Shown: positions 1 through 8,299, numbered from the stretch's first letter. The stretch: 26,279 bases of DNA from Planctomycetota bacterium (GCA_027001995.1 JALTLO010000025.1:1-26279); one strand, 5' to 3'. Notes: generated by a model from the sequence alone, not told the origin. Program-made: numbers and translations.

Positions 1-582
1 CCTTGGCATGAAGTACTTGCAGAACTCACCGCACATCTTCAACATGGCATCATCCATGTCGTAGGCCACGCCACCAATGCGGACATAGTTATAGTTGAGG
101 CGTTGACCACAAATCGTTTCGAGGATGGTCAAGACCTTTTCACGGTCACGGAAGCAATAAAGGAATGGCGTAATCGCGCCAATATCCATGCCGTAAGTAC
201 CAATAGCCAAAAGATGAGAGGCGATCCGAGACAATTCCGTCACAATGACGCGAATGTAGGAAGCACGCTCGGGGATCTCGACATCCATCAGGCGCTCAAC
301 ACTCATGGCATAACCAAGGTTATTACCCATGGCCATCAGGTAGTCGAGGCGATCCGTGTAAGGCGTTGCCATGGTGTAGTTAACGTTTTCGCAAATCTTC
401 TCGAAACAACGATGCAAGTAACCGATGTGGGATTCCGCATCCGTTACGATTTCACCGTCAGTCTTGATGACAACACGAAACACACCATGAGTGGAAGGAT
501 GCTGTGGCCCCATGTTGAGGAGCATTTCCTCCGACGCCACATCACCCTGCTTACTTGCCTGCATTTGATTCACTTCGCTCAT
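1..582 (-). CDS. nuoD: NADH-quinone oxidoreductase subunit D, 5' part (runs off the window start)
   Basis: Not in the ORF track. Hand translation from the ATG at 582 is open to base 1: MSEVNQMQ...LLNMGPQHPSTHGVFRV...GYLHRCFEK...YTDRLDY. GAGGG SD upstream; follows nuoC. Confidence 0.96.
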   Translation of the reverse strand, partial: MSEVNQMQASKQGDVASEEMLLNMGPQHPSTHGVFRVVIKTDGEIVTDAESHIGYLHRCFEKICENVNYTMATPYTDRLDYLMAMGNNLGYAMSVERLMDVEIPERASYIRVIVTELSRIASHLLAIGTYGMDIGAITPFLYCFRDREKVLTILETICGQRLNYNYVRIGGVAYDMDDAMLKMCGEFCKYFMPR

Positions 583-605
583 AGCAAATGATCCCTCAAT
601 CGTCC

Positions 606-1097
606 TTAGACGACGTTGTTCCTTATGCCGTGATACTCGTCCGGCGACTTGTAGTCTTTTCGCAAAGCATGCCCCACCCAGTCCTCTGCACACAAGATGC
701 GTGTTTGGTTGTGGTGACCGACAAAGTCGATACCGAACATGTCCCATGCCTCGCGCTCATGCCAATCCGCGGTACTCCAAACATTCTCCACGGTGGCAAC
801 CTTGGCGCCGGTTCTTGGCAATATCACTTTTAGACAAAATAGCAGGCTGGCATCTGGAATGGCTCCCAGGTGATAGATCACTCCTAAGTCATCTGTTGTC
901 TTCTTCTTGTCCATGTAGTCAACGCCGCTCAAGCAGCGCAGATAGTTGAAGCCCAGCTCATCTTTCATGAAAGCGCAAACTTCAGCGATGGACATAGGAT
1001 CAACTTGGCAGAAGGGATCGTGGACGTCTAACGTCTCAGCAACGATCTTGTCGCCAAACTTAGCCTTGAGCTTTGATGCGATATCCTGAGGTGTCAT
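606..1097 (-). CDS. nuoC: NADH-quinone oxidoreductase subunit C
   Basis: WSTADWHEREAWDMFGIDFVGH...RIL...W.GHALRKDY complex I 30 kDa signature; lies between nuoB and nuoD. Confidence 0.96.
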   Translation of the reverse strand: MTPQDIASKLKAKFGDKIVAETLDVHDPFCQVDPMSIAEVCAFMKDELGFNYLRCLSGVDYMDKKKTTDDLGVIYHLGAIPDASLLFCLKVILPRTGAKVATVENVWSTADWHEREAWDMFGIDFVGHHNQTRILCAEDWVGHALRKDYKSPDEYHGIRNNVV

Positions 1098-1115
1098 GGG
1101 TATTCCTTCTTGACC

Positions 1116-1667
1116 TTAGTCCACGAGCACTTCGGGACGGAGACCTTCCCTGGTGCGGTCCAAGATACGCTCGTACTTCATCTTTTCTTGAATGCGAAAC
1201 AAACCCTCGAGCAAGGCCTCAGGGCGAGGAGGGCAACCCGGAATGTAGACGTCGACCGGGATAAGACGGTCCACACCCTTGAGGACGTGATAACCGTACT
1301 TAATGTAAGGGCCACCCGAAATCGTGCATGCACCCATGGCAATGCAGTACTTGGGCTCAGGCATCTGCTCCCAAAGTAACTTAACTCGGGGTGCCATCTT
1401 CAGAGAGACCGTACCCGCCACAATCATGAGGTCCGCTTGCCGAGGAGTTGCCCGGAACGGCCCAGAGCCGAAACGATCGATGTCGTAGTTGGACGCCCCT
1501 GTGGCCATCATTTCGATGGCGCAACAGGCCAGACCAAAGGTCATGGGCCAGACAGAAGATTTGCGAGTCCAGTTCAACACTTTGTCGAGACTTGAGATCA
1601 GCACATTGTCCCGAGTCGCCGCGTCCGTGTTGAAGTTAATTTCTTGGATATTTGCTGGGCTTGCCAT
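1116..1667 (-). CDS. nuoB: NADH-quinone oxidoreductase subunit B (N2 Fe-S cluster)
   Basis: [31 protein letters not shown] and IPGCPPRPE motifs. Start moved to ATG 1667, just after the nuoA stop. Confidence 0.96.
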   Translation of the reverse strand: MASPANIQEINFNTDAATRDNVLISSLDKVLNWTRKSSVWPMTFGLACCAIEMMATGASNYDIDRFGSGPFRATPRQADLMIVAGTVSLKMAPRVKLLWEQMPEPKYCIAMGACTISGGPYIKYGYHVLKGVDRLIPVDVYIPGCPPRPEALLEGLFRIQEKMKYERILDRTREGLRPEVLVD

Positions 1668-1671
1668 GGCT

Positions 1672-2145
1672 TTAGGCGACGTCCTTTTCCTTAACCTGGG
1701 GAGTCGCAACGGAACCGACATGGGTCCGACCATTGCGCGCCGCCTCTTTCATCGAAGCCTTGACCCAGTCCATATCGCCCTTCTTCCAGACGTAGACCAA
1801 ACCAACCACCAGGATGACAACAAAGAGAAACACTTCGATGAAGGGGAACCATGGGTTGCCCGTATCTTTCATGATTTTCATCAGGTCGTTGTAGACCGCG
1901 GCCCAGGGAAACAAGAAGATTGCCTCCACCGAGAAAATCAGAAAGATCAGCGCCATGGTATAGAAGCGCATGTCAAACCGCACCCAAGCTTCCCCCACGG
2001 CGGGCTCGCCACATTCGTAGGTTGTGCCCTTATTTTCTTCCTCAACACGAGGAGAAAGGATACGTACTAAGACAAACACCTGGGCGGCCACAAAGACCAT
2101 CCCAAATAGAAACCCGATTAAGACATGTGCATATTGGAAAAGCAT
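1672..2145 (-). CDS. nuoA: NADH-quinone oxidoreductase subunit A
   Basis: Three hydrophobic segments plus YECGEP, RFY..AL.F.IF.VE..FL.PW and [13 protein letters not shown] 2145 is preceded by a GAGGTG SD. Confidence 0.94.
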   Translation of the reverse strand: MLFQYAHVLIGFLFGMVFVAAQVFVLVRILSPRVEEENKGTTYECGEPAVGEAWVRFDMRFYTMALIFLIFSVEAIFLFPWAAVYNDLMKIMKDTGNPWFPFIEVFLFVVILVVGLVYVWKKGDMDWVKASMKEAARNGRTHVGSVATPQVKEKDVA

Positions 2146-2249
2146 GGCACCTCGGAGATGGAACGCCCCCACGGACCCACCAAATCACTATCCCGTTTCC
2201 GAACGATTCTTCTGCAAATGAGGGCAAATAATTTCCTCACCGCGCGCTT

Positions 2250-2277
2250 ACTATAGCAGATGAAAATTACGCTTAAA
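2250..2277 (-). promoter_or_regulatory. Putative sigma70 promoter of the nuo operon
   Basis: Minus strand TTTAAG-16 nt-TATAGT with TGC directly before the -10 (extended -10), about 105 nt upstream of nuoA. Confidence 0.55.
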
Positions 2278-2398
2278 CTCGATCCTGCCCTTGATCCATT
2301 TTTTTGGCAACTCTGCTCCCGAAACCGACTTGTGCCAGCCCCGGTGATAGCAATCAAACCAACTGTGACCGAATGTCGCACCCCTCAAATTCTTACCC

Positions 2399-3370
2399 TC
2401 AGGGCCTAACCTCCACAGCACATCCCTCCGGAATCAAGCGAAAGACCTCTTCTACGTCCGATTTCAACATGCGAATACATCCCTCGGACATCTGCTTACC
2501 AATGCTGTCATTTTCGATTGTTCCGTGAATCCCATAAGGGGTTCGTCCTCGTTCCGTGGCAAAACCCATCCAGCGGTTGCCAATGGTGTGCCCTTCTTCT
2601 CCGAAGCGGACAGTACTGCCGTCCGGACGGGTCCATGTGGGGTTTTTTGTTTTCCCTTGGATATAGAACACACCTTCCGGGGTCGAATCTGAGTGACCAA
2701 TTCCCACGGGATAGTCCAAAACGATGGCATCACCAAGCAAGATATAGAGCCTAAAGTCTGACTTGGAGATCACCACCTTAAGGCTTTCCGTGGGAGCGCT
2801 CATGATGTTTCCAGCGCGGATCCTCGAGTTTGGCAGCCGATTCATCTTCATCAGAAATGCCGGTGTGACGTTGTTGCTGTGGGCTTTCTTAACCCGGCGG
2901 GCGATTCGAGTGAGGCTGTCTCCAGACACAATCTTAACGTCGACGGCATCGCTGAATTGCCCAGGCCTAAAAACTGTATTTTGGTTGACCCGGCGCAAAA
3001 CCGCCATCTGCTCAAAGCGATAGTTCTTGGGGAGTTCATGGTTGAGGACTGTTTGGGAAAGAGCGAGGCGAAGAGCTTTCTTGCCTTTTTTCTTCGCTTC
3101 AGCGATTAAGTCCCGGTCCTGGCGCACCTGTGCACTCACCCCCGTCGCCGCCGGAGCTGCCACCAGGGATGATCTGGGCTCAGCCATTTTCACCCCCTTC
3201 TCAGCCTTGATGGCCCGCTTCTCCGCTTTCCGTCCTTTGGGCAATCCCTCCTTCTCGGTTTTTTCCAGAAGCGGCCCGTCTGTTTCGGATGAAACGAATG
3301 GCCATCCCCCCATGAATCCAAAGGAAACAACCAGGAAAGCCGACAACAGGACCAAGAGTATTTTTCTCAA
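2399..3370 (-). CDS. LysM-containing L,D-transpeptidase (YkuD family)
   Basis: N-terminal hydrophobic anchor, LysM-like SGDSLTRIA...LMKMNRL...RIRAG, then YPVGIG..STP.G.F.I and the catalytic YGIHGT...SEGCIRM. TTG start. Confidence 0.9.
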   Translation of the reverse strand: MRKILLVLLSAFLVVSFGFMGGWPFVSSETDGPLLEKTEKEGLPKGRKAEKRAIKAEKGVKMAEPRSSLVAAPAATGVSAQVRQDRDLIAEAKKKGKKALRLALSQTVLNHELPKNYRFEQMAVLRRVNQNTVFRPGQFSDAVDVKIVSGDSLTRIARRVKKAHSNNVTPAFLMKMNRLPNSRIRAGNIMSAPTESLKVVISKSDFRLYILLGDAIVLDYPVGIGHSDSTPEGVFYIQGKTKNPTWTRPDGSTVRFGEEGHTIGNRWMGFATERGRTPYGIHGTIENDSIGKQMSEGCIRMLKSDVEEVFRLIPEGCAVEVRP

Positions 3371-3528
3371 GACCTTTTCCCTTAAGTATTTATGAACACA
3401 AAGCCCACCAGTCGTTCAGCATTTTCTCTTGTTGGGGAGACAGGTTAGGTGCCCCCTGCCCAAAATTCCTACCCGCCTCCTCAACCCGCATTCAAACCCA
3501 GGGCGAGGCAATAATCCAAAGTCCTTCT

Positions 3529-3550
3529 TGAGAATGAGTCTCATTACAAT
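3529..3550 (+). promoter_or_regulatory. Fur-box-like operator overlapping a -10 element upstream of the porin gene
   Basis: TGAGAAT-G-AGTCTCA (3529-3543) is a 7-1-7 dyad with one mismatch and overlaps the perfect dyad AATGAG-T-CTCATT. Positions 3530-3548 match GATAATGATAATCATTATC at 13/19. TACAAT at 3545-3550. Confidence 0.65.
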
Positions 3551-3586
3551 TAAAACCTCTGAGACGAAATAGCCAAGGAGTGCGCC

Positions 3587-4981
3587 GTGTCCAAGATCAT
3601 TGCTTTCACCATTGTCGCCGTCCTCATCCTGAGCGCCGGAACTTTGGCCCAAGATGGTGAACAAGTCCAAAAACTACTGAAACAAATGGAAACTCTTCGG
3701 ACTCGCCTGGATGCCAGTGACTCCCGGGAGAAGCACCTTCAAGATCGTGTGGATCAATTGGAAGGTCGGCTTCAACAACAAAAAGAGGCCGCTCGTCTCC
3801 GAGCCGCTCAACTCGAACTGGCCCAACAAGAAACCCTGCCAACAAACGAACTCGCAGAAGCCCTCGAATCACTGCAACAATTGCAACAGTCACCTGCAGC
3901 TCACAGTGCCTTAGCAGTCAAGGGTTACTTCGACGTTTCGTTCCGGGATGATCAGGCCAAACGAAATAGCACTTTTGAACAACAGCGTTTGGTCCTCAAC
4001 TTCAGCGGCGACATTCTAAAAGACCTCATCAGCTTCAAGTCCGAGGTCGAATTGGAAGGCGGTGGCTTCGGGGCCTCTTTCTTGTCGAACAGCTACGTTT
4101 TGGTTGAGTACGGCGAGATTCACTTTCACATCAACCGGGTCTTTAACATCAAAGCTGGTGCCCTCTTAGTCCCCTTCGGACGCTTCAACACCTTGCACGA
4201 TGCTCCCCTGAGGGACCTCACCGACCGCCCCTTAGTGAGTCGCCATATTATTCCTTCAACATGGACTGACTCTGGAGTTGGGATTTACGGGGCATGGGAC
4301 ATGTTTGGTGTTGGCTTTGACTACGATATCATCCTCAGCAATGGCTTAGATGACGATTTCTCTTCCACACCCGGAGGAGCCTTCCGTGGCAGCCGTAACT
4401 CCCTGCGGGTCGACAACAACGATAGCAAGATGATCATCGGTCGATTTGGCATTCGCCCAGACTTCGATTTCTTTGATGTCACCTACTTCGGCCTTTCCTT
4501 TGGCTGGGGCAAATATGACGACGAAAACAAGCAGAACATGGTCATGTTCGGATTTGACTGGACCGTCAAGAAAGGTGATTTTGAGCTCATCGGTGAGTAT
4601 GCACTTTATGATTTAGAGCGCAGTCCCCGCGAAGTAGCCTTGGGAGCCCCGGGAGGTGCAGAAGGATTCTACGCCCAAGTTAATTACCACTTCTTCCCTG
4701 ATAGTTGGCGTGGCATCAATCAATTCTTTACCGAAGAATCGACATTCACTTTGGTATTCCGCATCGGCAACATGGACACAGATGACTCCGCCACGGGTAT
4801 CGACCGCAATACAAGAGGAGACGGCTTCCGAGACGATACCTGGCGCTACACAATCGGCCTCAATTTCCGCCCTATCGAAAAAACAGTCATCACAGTCGAA
4901 TACCAGTTTTGGGACGAAGTGTCCGGAATCCCCAGTGCAGAGAACGATCGCTTCGTCATCTCATTCGCCACCTCATTTTAG
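3587..4981 (+). CDS. Outer-membrane beta-barrel porin (OprO/OprP-like superfamily) with N-terminal coiled coil
   Basis: AAGGAG SD and GTG start; signal peptide ending TLA-Q; Q/E/L-rich coiled coil; alternating amphipathic strands; KAG..LVPFG motif; C-terminal Phe (ISFATSF). Confidence 0.8.
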   Translation: MSKIIAFTIVAVLILSAGTLAQDGEQVQKLLKQMETLRTRLDASDSREKHLQDRVDQLEGRLQQQKEAARLRAAQLELAQQETLPTNELAEALESLQQLQQSPAAHSALAVKGYFDVSFRDDQAKRNSTFEQQRLVLNFSGDILKDLISFKSEVELEGGGFGASFLSNSYVLVEYGEIHFHINRVFNIKAGALLVPFGRFNTLHDAPLRDLTDRPLVSRHIIPSTWTDSGVGIYGAWDMFGVGFDYDIILSNGLDDDFSSTPGGAFRGSRNSLRVDNNDSKMIIGRFGIRPDFDFFDVTYFGLSFGWGKYDDENKQNMVMFGFDWTVKKGDFELIGEYALYDLERSPREVALGAPGGAEGFYAQVNYHFFPDSWRGINQFFTEESTFTLVFRIGNMDTDDSATGIDRNTRGDGFRDDTWRYTIGLNFRPIEKTVITVEYQFWDEVSGIPSAENDRFVISFATSF

Positions 4982-5019
4982 ACTCAAAATCGACTATCCA
5001 TTTGCAACCGAGAGAACCG

Positions 5020-5391
5020 ATGAAAAAAAACATGTCAAACCCAAGCCAAGGGAACCTCAGGTGCCAAGAACCATCCCAAGTTTTATCCCTCAGTCCCCGG
5101 GCCATTTTACTTTTCTCCGCCGCCCTCTTCGTTTGTCTCTTTTTCCTTCCGTCCTGCGCCTCCACACCTGTTTCGGGCAACACAGAAAACTCTGGGTCTC
5201 AATATCCAGAAGGGCACGCCCGTGGAGCCCAACTGTTCCGCAAGAAATGCCAAGAGTGTCACGGCCTTCACGCACCGAGCAGACGAAGCGACGCCCAATG
5301 GGCTCAAACCATGCACGAAATGGCTTGGGAAGCCAACTTAGACGCAGAACAAGAGAGCCTCATCTTGGCATACCTCCAAGCGGCCAATTGA
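5020..5391 (+). CDS. Small monoheme cytochrome c, probably a lipoprotein
   Basis: Hydrophobic stretch ending LPSC (atypical lipobox), one CQECH heme motif, then W...MHEM (candidate axial Met) and an ILAYL terminal helix. Start at 5020 or 5032. Confidence 0.8.
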   Translation: MKKNMSNPSQGNLRCQEPSQVLSLSPRAILLFSAALFVCLFFLPSCASTPVSGNTENSGSQYPEGHARGAQLFRKKCQECHGLHAPSRRSDAQWAQTMHEMAWEANLDAEQESLILAYLQAAN

Positions 5392-5535
5392 ATCATTATG
5401 CAGTTTGTCTAGGAAGAAATTCGAAACCAACTTTGACCTGAGCCTCAAGAATGGCACAATCGGTCCACTACCCCATTCACCCCTGCACTCTTTTGGGTTT
5501 GCCAACTGAAACCATGTGGATGAAGTAGTTGAAAT

Positions 5536-5723
5536 AAGGGTCTTCTACGGTGACCGTTTATCAGGGCTCAGTCCTTCGCCCTAATGTTCGATAATTTGGG
5601 AACCAAGATTCGTGACCGGGGACACGCCCTGAGTAAGGGATCTCCGCCGCGCGTAATCCGGTTCCCCCCTTAAAATTGTCGGGTCTTCGGACTCACACCT
5701 GGACGGCACAAGTAGTTTTCCTT
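5536..5723 (+). ncRNA. ssrS: 6S RNA
   Basis: About 188 nt irregular hairpin folded by eye: CTAC 5545-48/GTAG 5712-15; GTG-A-CCGT/ACGGCAC 5703-09; CAGG/CCTG; AGTCC/GGACT; GCCC/GGGT; an A/U-rich central bubble (5582-97 and 5667-80); GGGAACC 5598-5604/GGTTCCC 5660-66; then an apical stem. Followed by an intrinsic terminator. Ends approximate. Confidence 0.82.
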
Positions 5724-5728
5724 CCCAT

Positions 5729-5763
5729 AAAGGGCTCGCGTTTCATCGCGAGCCCTTTTTCTT
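5729..5763 (+). terminator. Intrinsic terminator of the 6S RNA (possibly bidirectional)
   Basis: AAAGGGCTCGCG-tttcat-CGCGAGCCCTTT perfect 12-bp stem continuing into TTTTTCTT. Confidence 0.88.
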
Positions 5764-5799
5764 GCCGAGGACGAATTCATGCCGGGCACACCAAAGGAT

Positions 5800-5825
5800 G
5801 AGGGCGCCACCCTTGTGACGCCCTC
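5800..5825 (-). terminator. Hairpin immediately 3' of rnpB (terminator or processing/stability stem)
   Basis: Minus strand GAGGGCGTCAC-aagg-GTGGCGCCCTC, 11 bp with one G-U pair; weak U tract. Confidence 0.5.
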
Positions 5826-5831
5826 TGGTTT

Positions 5832-6203
5832 GAGCGAGTACATAAGCCGGGTCCTGTACCTCAAGGGAGGTGATGACCATTTCTCTAGGGTGACAATTGC
5901 TCGCCACCTCAAACGATCTACCCAAAAGTCAAAGGAGACGGGCCGCCTCCTGAGGCCGAAACCTCTCCTTTTTTATTTGATCTTTCTCCGGAAGGGGTTT
6001 GCCGTGCCCGACCTGTCACCAGGCCAGCGGTGAGCTCTTACCTCACCGTTTCACCCTTGCCTGTGTCACCGAAGTGACCATCGGCGGTCTACTCTCTGCT
6101 GCACTTTCCATGGCCTTTCGGCCTGTGGGCGTTACCCACCTTCCTGCCCTGCGGAGCCCGGACTTTCCTCGGCGGTTTCCCGACGCGGTCACCCGACTCG
6201 CAA
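5832..6203 (-). ncRNA. rnpB: RNase P RNA, bacterial type A
   Basis: Minus strand contains GAGGAAAGTCCGGGCTCC, GGAAAGTGCAGCAGAGAGTAGACCGCC, GGGTGAAACGGTGAGGTAAGAGC, GGCAAACCCC and ACAGGACCCGGCTTAT; P1 pairing GCGAGT/ACTCGC. Ends approximate. Confidence 0.97.
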
Positions 6204-6211
6204 GCCGCCTC

Positions 6212-6220
6212 AGTGTAGCA
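6212..6220 (-). promoter_or_regulatory. Extended -10 promoter of rnpB
   Basis: TG-C-TACACT ending about 9 nt before the predicted RNA 5' end; any -35 would lie in the last codons of the upstream CDS. Confidence 0.6.
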
Positions 6221-6221
6221 A

Positions 6222-7568
6222 TCAGGCGATCTTGTTCCAGATGGCCCGCATCTTCCCCGAAGGCAAGACCGGGATCTCATCGACCACTTCCACTGTTGTT
6301 TTGACATCCGCCCCCATGAGCTGGTCGAATCCCTTGATGATCGTCGACTTCAGCACTTCAATATCAGCGTCCTTTTTGAAAACAACCAAGACAGAAATCC
6401 GATCAATAGCCTCTTGGATGACCTGAAAATGAGAGACTTCTGGTAAGACGCGCAAAATATACATGGCTCCCAGGCCATGGATACGATTCCCATCCGGAGT
6501 GTAAAGCGTATCCGTACTGCGCCCTTTCAACTCACTCATCAATGGAAGCCCACGGCCACAAGGACAGGAGTCGCTGCTCAAGGCTGCTCGATCCCCCAAG
6601 CGATAGCGAATCAAAGGCATACCAAAGGAATGCAAATTGGTGATGGTAATCTCGCCCACCTCCCCCGCTTCCACGGGCTGGCCGTCGTCGCCTAAGATTT
6701 CGACCACGACGCAATCTGCCGCCACATGCATGTTCCCCTCCGGGCAACTCTGGGCGATGTAACCACCGTCGCGGCAGCCATATTCGTTGATCACAGAACA
6801 GCCAAAGACTTCTTCGATCAAAGTCTTATCCTCTGGCACGAGGAGCTCCGCTGTACTGATCGCTCCTTTCATCTTGAGCTGATGAAGGTCTTCGTTGCGG
6901 CCTTTGAGAAAGGCGGCATAGCGGGCCAAGACGCTGGCATAACCATAAATGAACTGAGTACCTTGCTCTTCCAAAGCCAGACGAAAAGTGGCCATCTTCT
7001 GATCAGACAACTCGAACGCTGAGAGGAGTTGAAAATTGAGCAAGCGATCTTTGAGAATCCGCATGCGATCATTGGAACTCAGCTCAATGGGCGAGCCCCA
7101 AAGATCCATTTGCCGATCGCCAAAATAAATGCCCCACCATTCCCGCGCTCTAGCTTTGGCCGCAAGTTGAGAAGATTCCCGGTCTTTGTCGGTGTAAAAA
7201 ATTAAGGGCTCGCCGGAACTCCCCCCCGTCTCCAACTTAAAAACCCGCTCTCGCCAGTTGTCGGCCACCAAGTCTTCCAGATTCTCCCGAATCGAAGTTT
7301 TGTCCATGGTGGGCAAGAGAGACAAGTCCGCGACTTGGCAAACCCTCTTGGGATCAATGTCATGGTCCTTCAAATAAGAACGCCACCATGGCACATGAAC
7401 CGCAGCATGATTCACCAACGCTTGCAGCGAAGCCTCCTGCAAATTCTTCACCCCCACTTCATCGAGAGCTTCCGTTCTACGAAAAGCCTTCAAAAAGCGA
7501 TAGGTGGATCTCCCCCGCAATCTTTCGTGCAGAGGGTAGAGGAAATGCCTAGTGAGCCAACTGTTCAT
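6222..7568 (-). CDS. Phenylacetate-CoA ligase / CapK-like adenylate-forming enzyme
   Basis: TGGSSGEP P-loop, NEYGCRDGG, MPLIRYRLGD, GRSTD and terminal SGKMR motifs. ATG 7568 overlaps the upstream stop (ATGA). Confidence 0.85.
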   Translation of the reverse strand: MNSWLTRHFLYPLHERLRGRSTYRFLKAFRRTEALDEVGVKNLQEASLQALVNHAAVHVPWWRSYLKDHDIDPKRVCQVADLSLLPTMDKTSIRENLEDLVADNWRERVFKLETGGSSGEPLIFYTDKDRESSQLAAKARAREWWGIYFGDRQMDLWGSPIELSSNDRMRILKDRLLNFQLLSAFELSDQKMATFRLALEEQGTQFIYGYASVLARYAAFLKGRNEDLHQLKMKGAISTAELLVPEDKTLIEEVFGCSVINEYGCRDGGYIAQSCPEGNMHVAADCVVVEILGDDGQPVEAGEVGEITITNLHSFGMPLIRYRLGDRAALSSDSCPCGRGLPLMSELKGRSTDTLYTPDGNRIHGLGAMYILRVLPEVSHFQVIQEAIDRISVLVVFKKDADIEVLKSTIIKGFDQLMGADVKTTVEVVDEIPVLPSGKMRAIWNKIA

Positions 7569-8299
7569 TCTTCGCCGAGAATCAAAATCCGTTGGCAGTT
7601 GCGGCAGCAAAGCAACTTCTTGGCAATAACCTGAGTGAGAGCCTGCAAAGTAATCTGGGTATCACAGCCCTTGCAGATTTGTCCGATGACAAGAGCCGTC
7701 CCCTGACCGCGACGTTCGAAAGCGCGCTGATAGTCATTCAGCACTTCTTCAGGCAAGGCAGCGAGGCAGGCCCCACGACTCTCTTCCATCTTGGCCACCA
7801 CAGCAGCTTGTTCTGCTTGTTCCTCGTTTGATTTGGTCTCCGAATGAGTGGCAATGTCTTTGAGCTGATTGAGTTTCTCAACAGTTGCCTCATAGTCAGC
7901 CTTAAGAGAGTCAACGGCTTCATAGAGCTCCAAAACTTCTGTCTGCAAGTCGTCATCAAGCTTCTTGCGGCTTGCGATCTGAGATTTCATCGCGTTGAAC
8001 TCATCGTTCGATTTCAGACTAAAAAGCTGGCCTTCTAGTTTAAGCACGTCCTGGGCCAAAGAGTCAATTTCGAGGGTCTTTTTGTCGATCTGTTTCTGTG
8101 CCGCAGTCACCGTGTCCTTCGCTAATTGGACGGCCTTCTCCTGCAGTTCAACCTGGCGTTTCTTCGCTGCAACTTCCTTAGGCTTCTTTTCCAAAGAACG
8201 ACGAGCCCGAGCCACTTCAAGGTCGATCTCATTCAGTTTGTAGAGTTGTTTCAGAGTCTCATCTGAAAACGGTGTGTTGCCTTCGTTCGCTGGTTGCAT
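7565..8299 (-). CDS. C4-type zinc-ribbon coiled-coil protein (HP0958/CT398-like, DUF164)
   Basis: L..L.EIDLE N-terminus, a long coiled coil and C-terminal CKGC...CRNCQRIL. The position between rpoD and rnpB is typical of the family. Confidence 0.88.
   Translation of the reverse strand: MQPANEGNTPFSDETLKQLYKLNEIDLEVARARRSLEKKPKEVAAKKRQVELQEKAVQLAKDTVTAAQKQIDKKTLEIDSLAQDVLKLEGQLFSLKSNDEFNAMKSQIASRKKLDDDLQTEVLELYEAVDSLKADYEATVEKLNQLKDIATHSETKSNEEQAEQAAVVAKMEESRGACLAALPEEVLNDYQRAFERRGQGTALVIGQICKGCDTQITLQALTQVIAKKLLCCRNCQRILILGEE

Noticed and set aside
103..2231. Plus-strand ORFs such as 103-591, 588-833 and 1489-2070
   Set aside because: They are antisense shadows of nuoDCBA with no recognisable motifs. 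The same applies to the many short ORFs opposite rpoD, dnaG, the pil genes and ppdK.
5023..5030. A8 run at the cytochrome c start as a phase-variation tract
   Set aside because: The run is short, and an in-frame ATG at 5032 lies downstream of it.
3587..5391. A frameshifted or split Cyc2-type cytochrome-porin fusion
   Set aside because: The porin ends properly with a terminal Phe and stop, the cytochrome has its own signal sequence, and Cyc2 carries its heme at the N-terminus.
4656..5441. 261-aa plus-strand ORF
   Set aside because: It overlaps the porin and the cytochrome c gene out of frame, is S/P/R-rich and has no motif.
5452..5468. TGGCAC as a sigma54 -24 element (also on the minus strand near 2335)
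   Set aside because: No TTGC -12 element at the required spacing.
5670..6307. ORFs 5670-5912, 5743-5925, 5779-6033, 5999-6304 and 6089-6307
   Set aside because: They lie across the 6S RNA, the terminators and rnpB.
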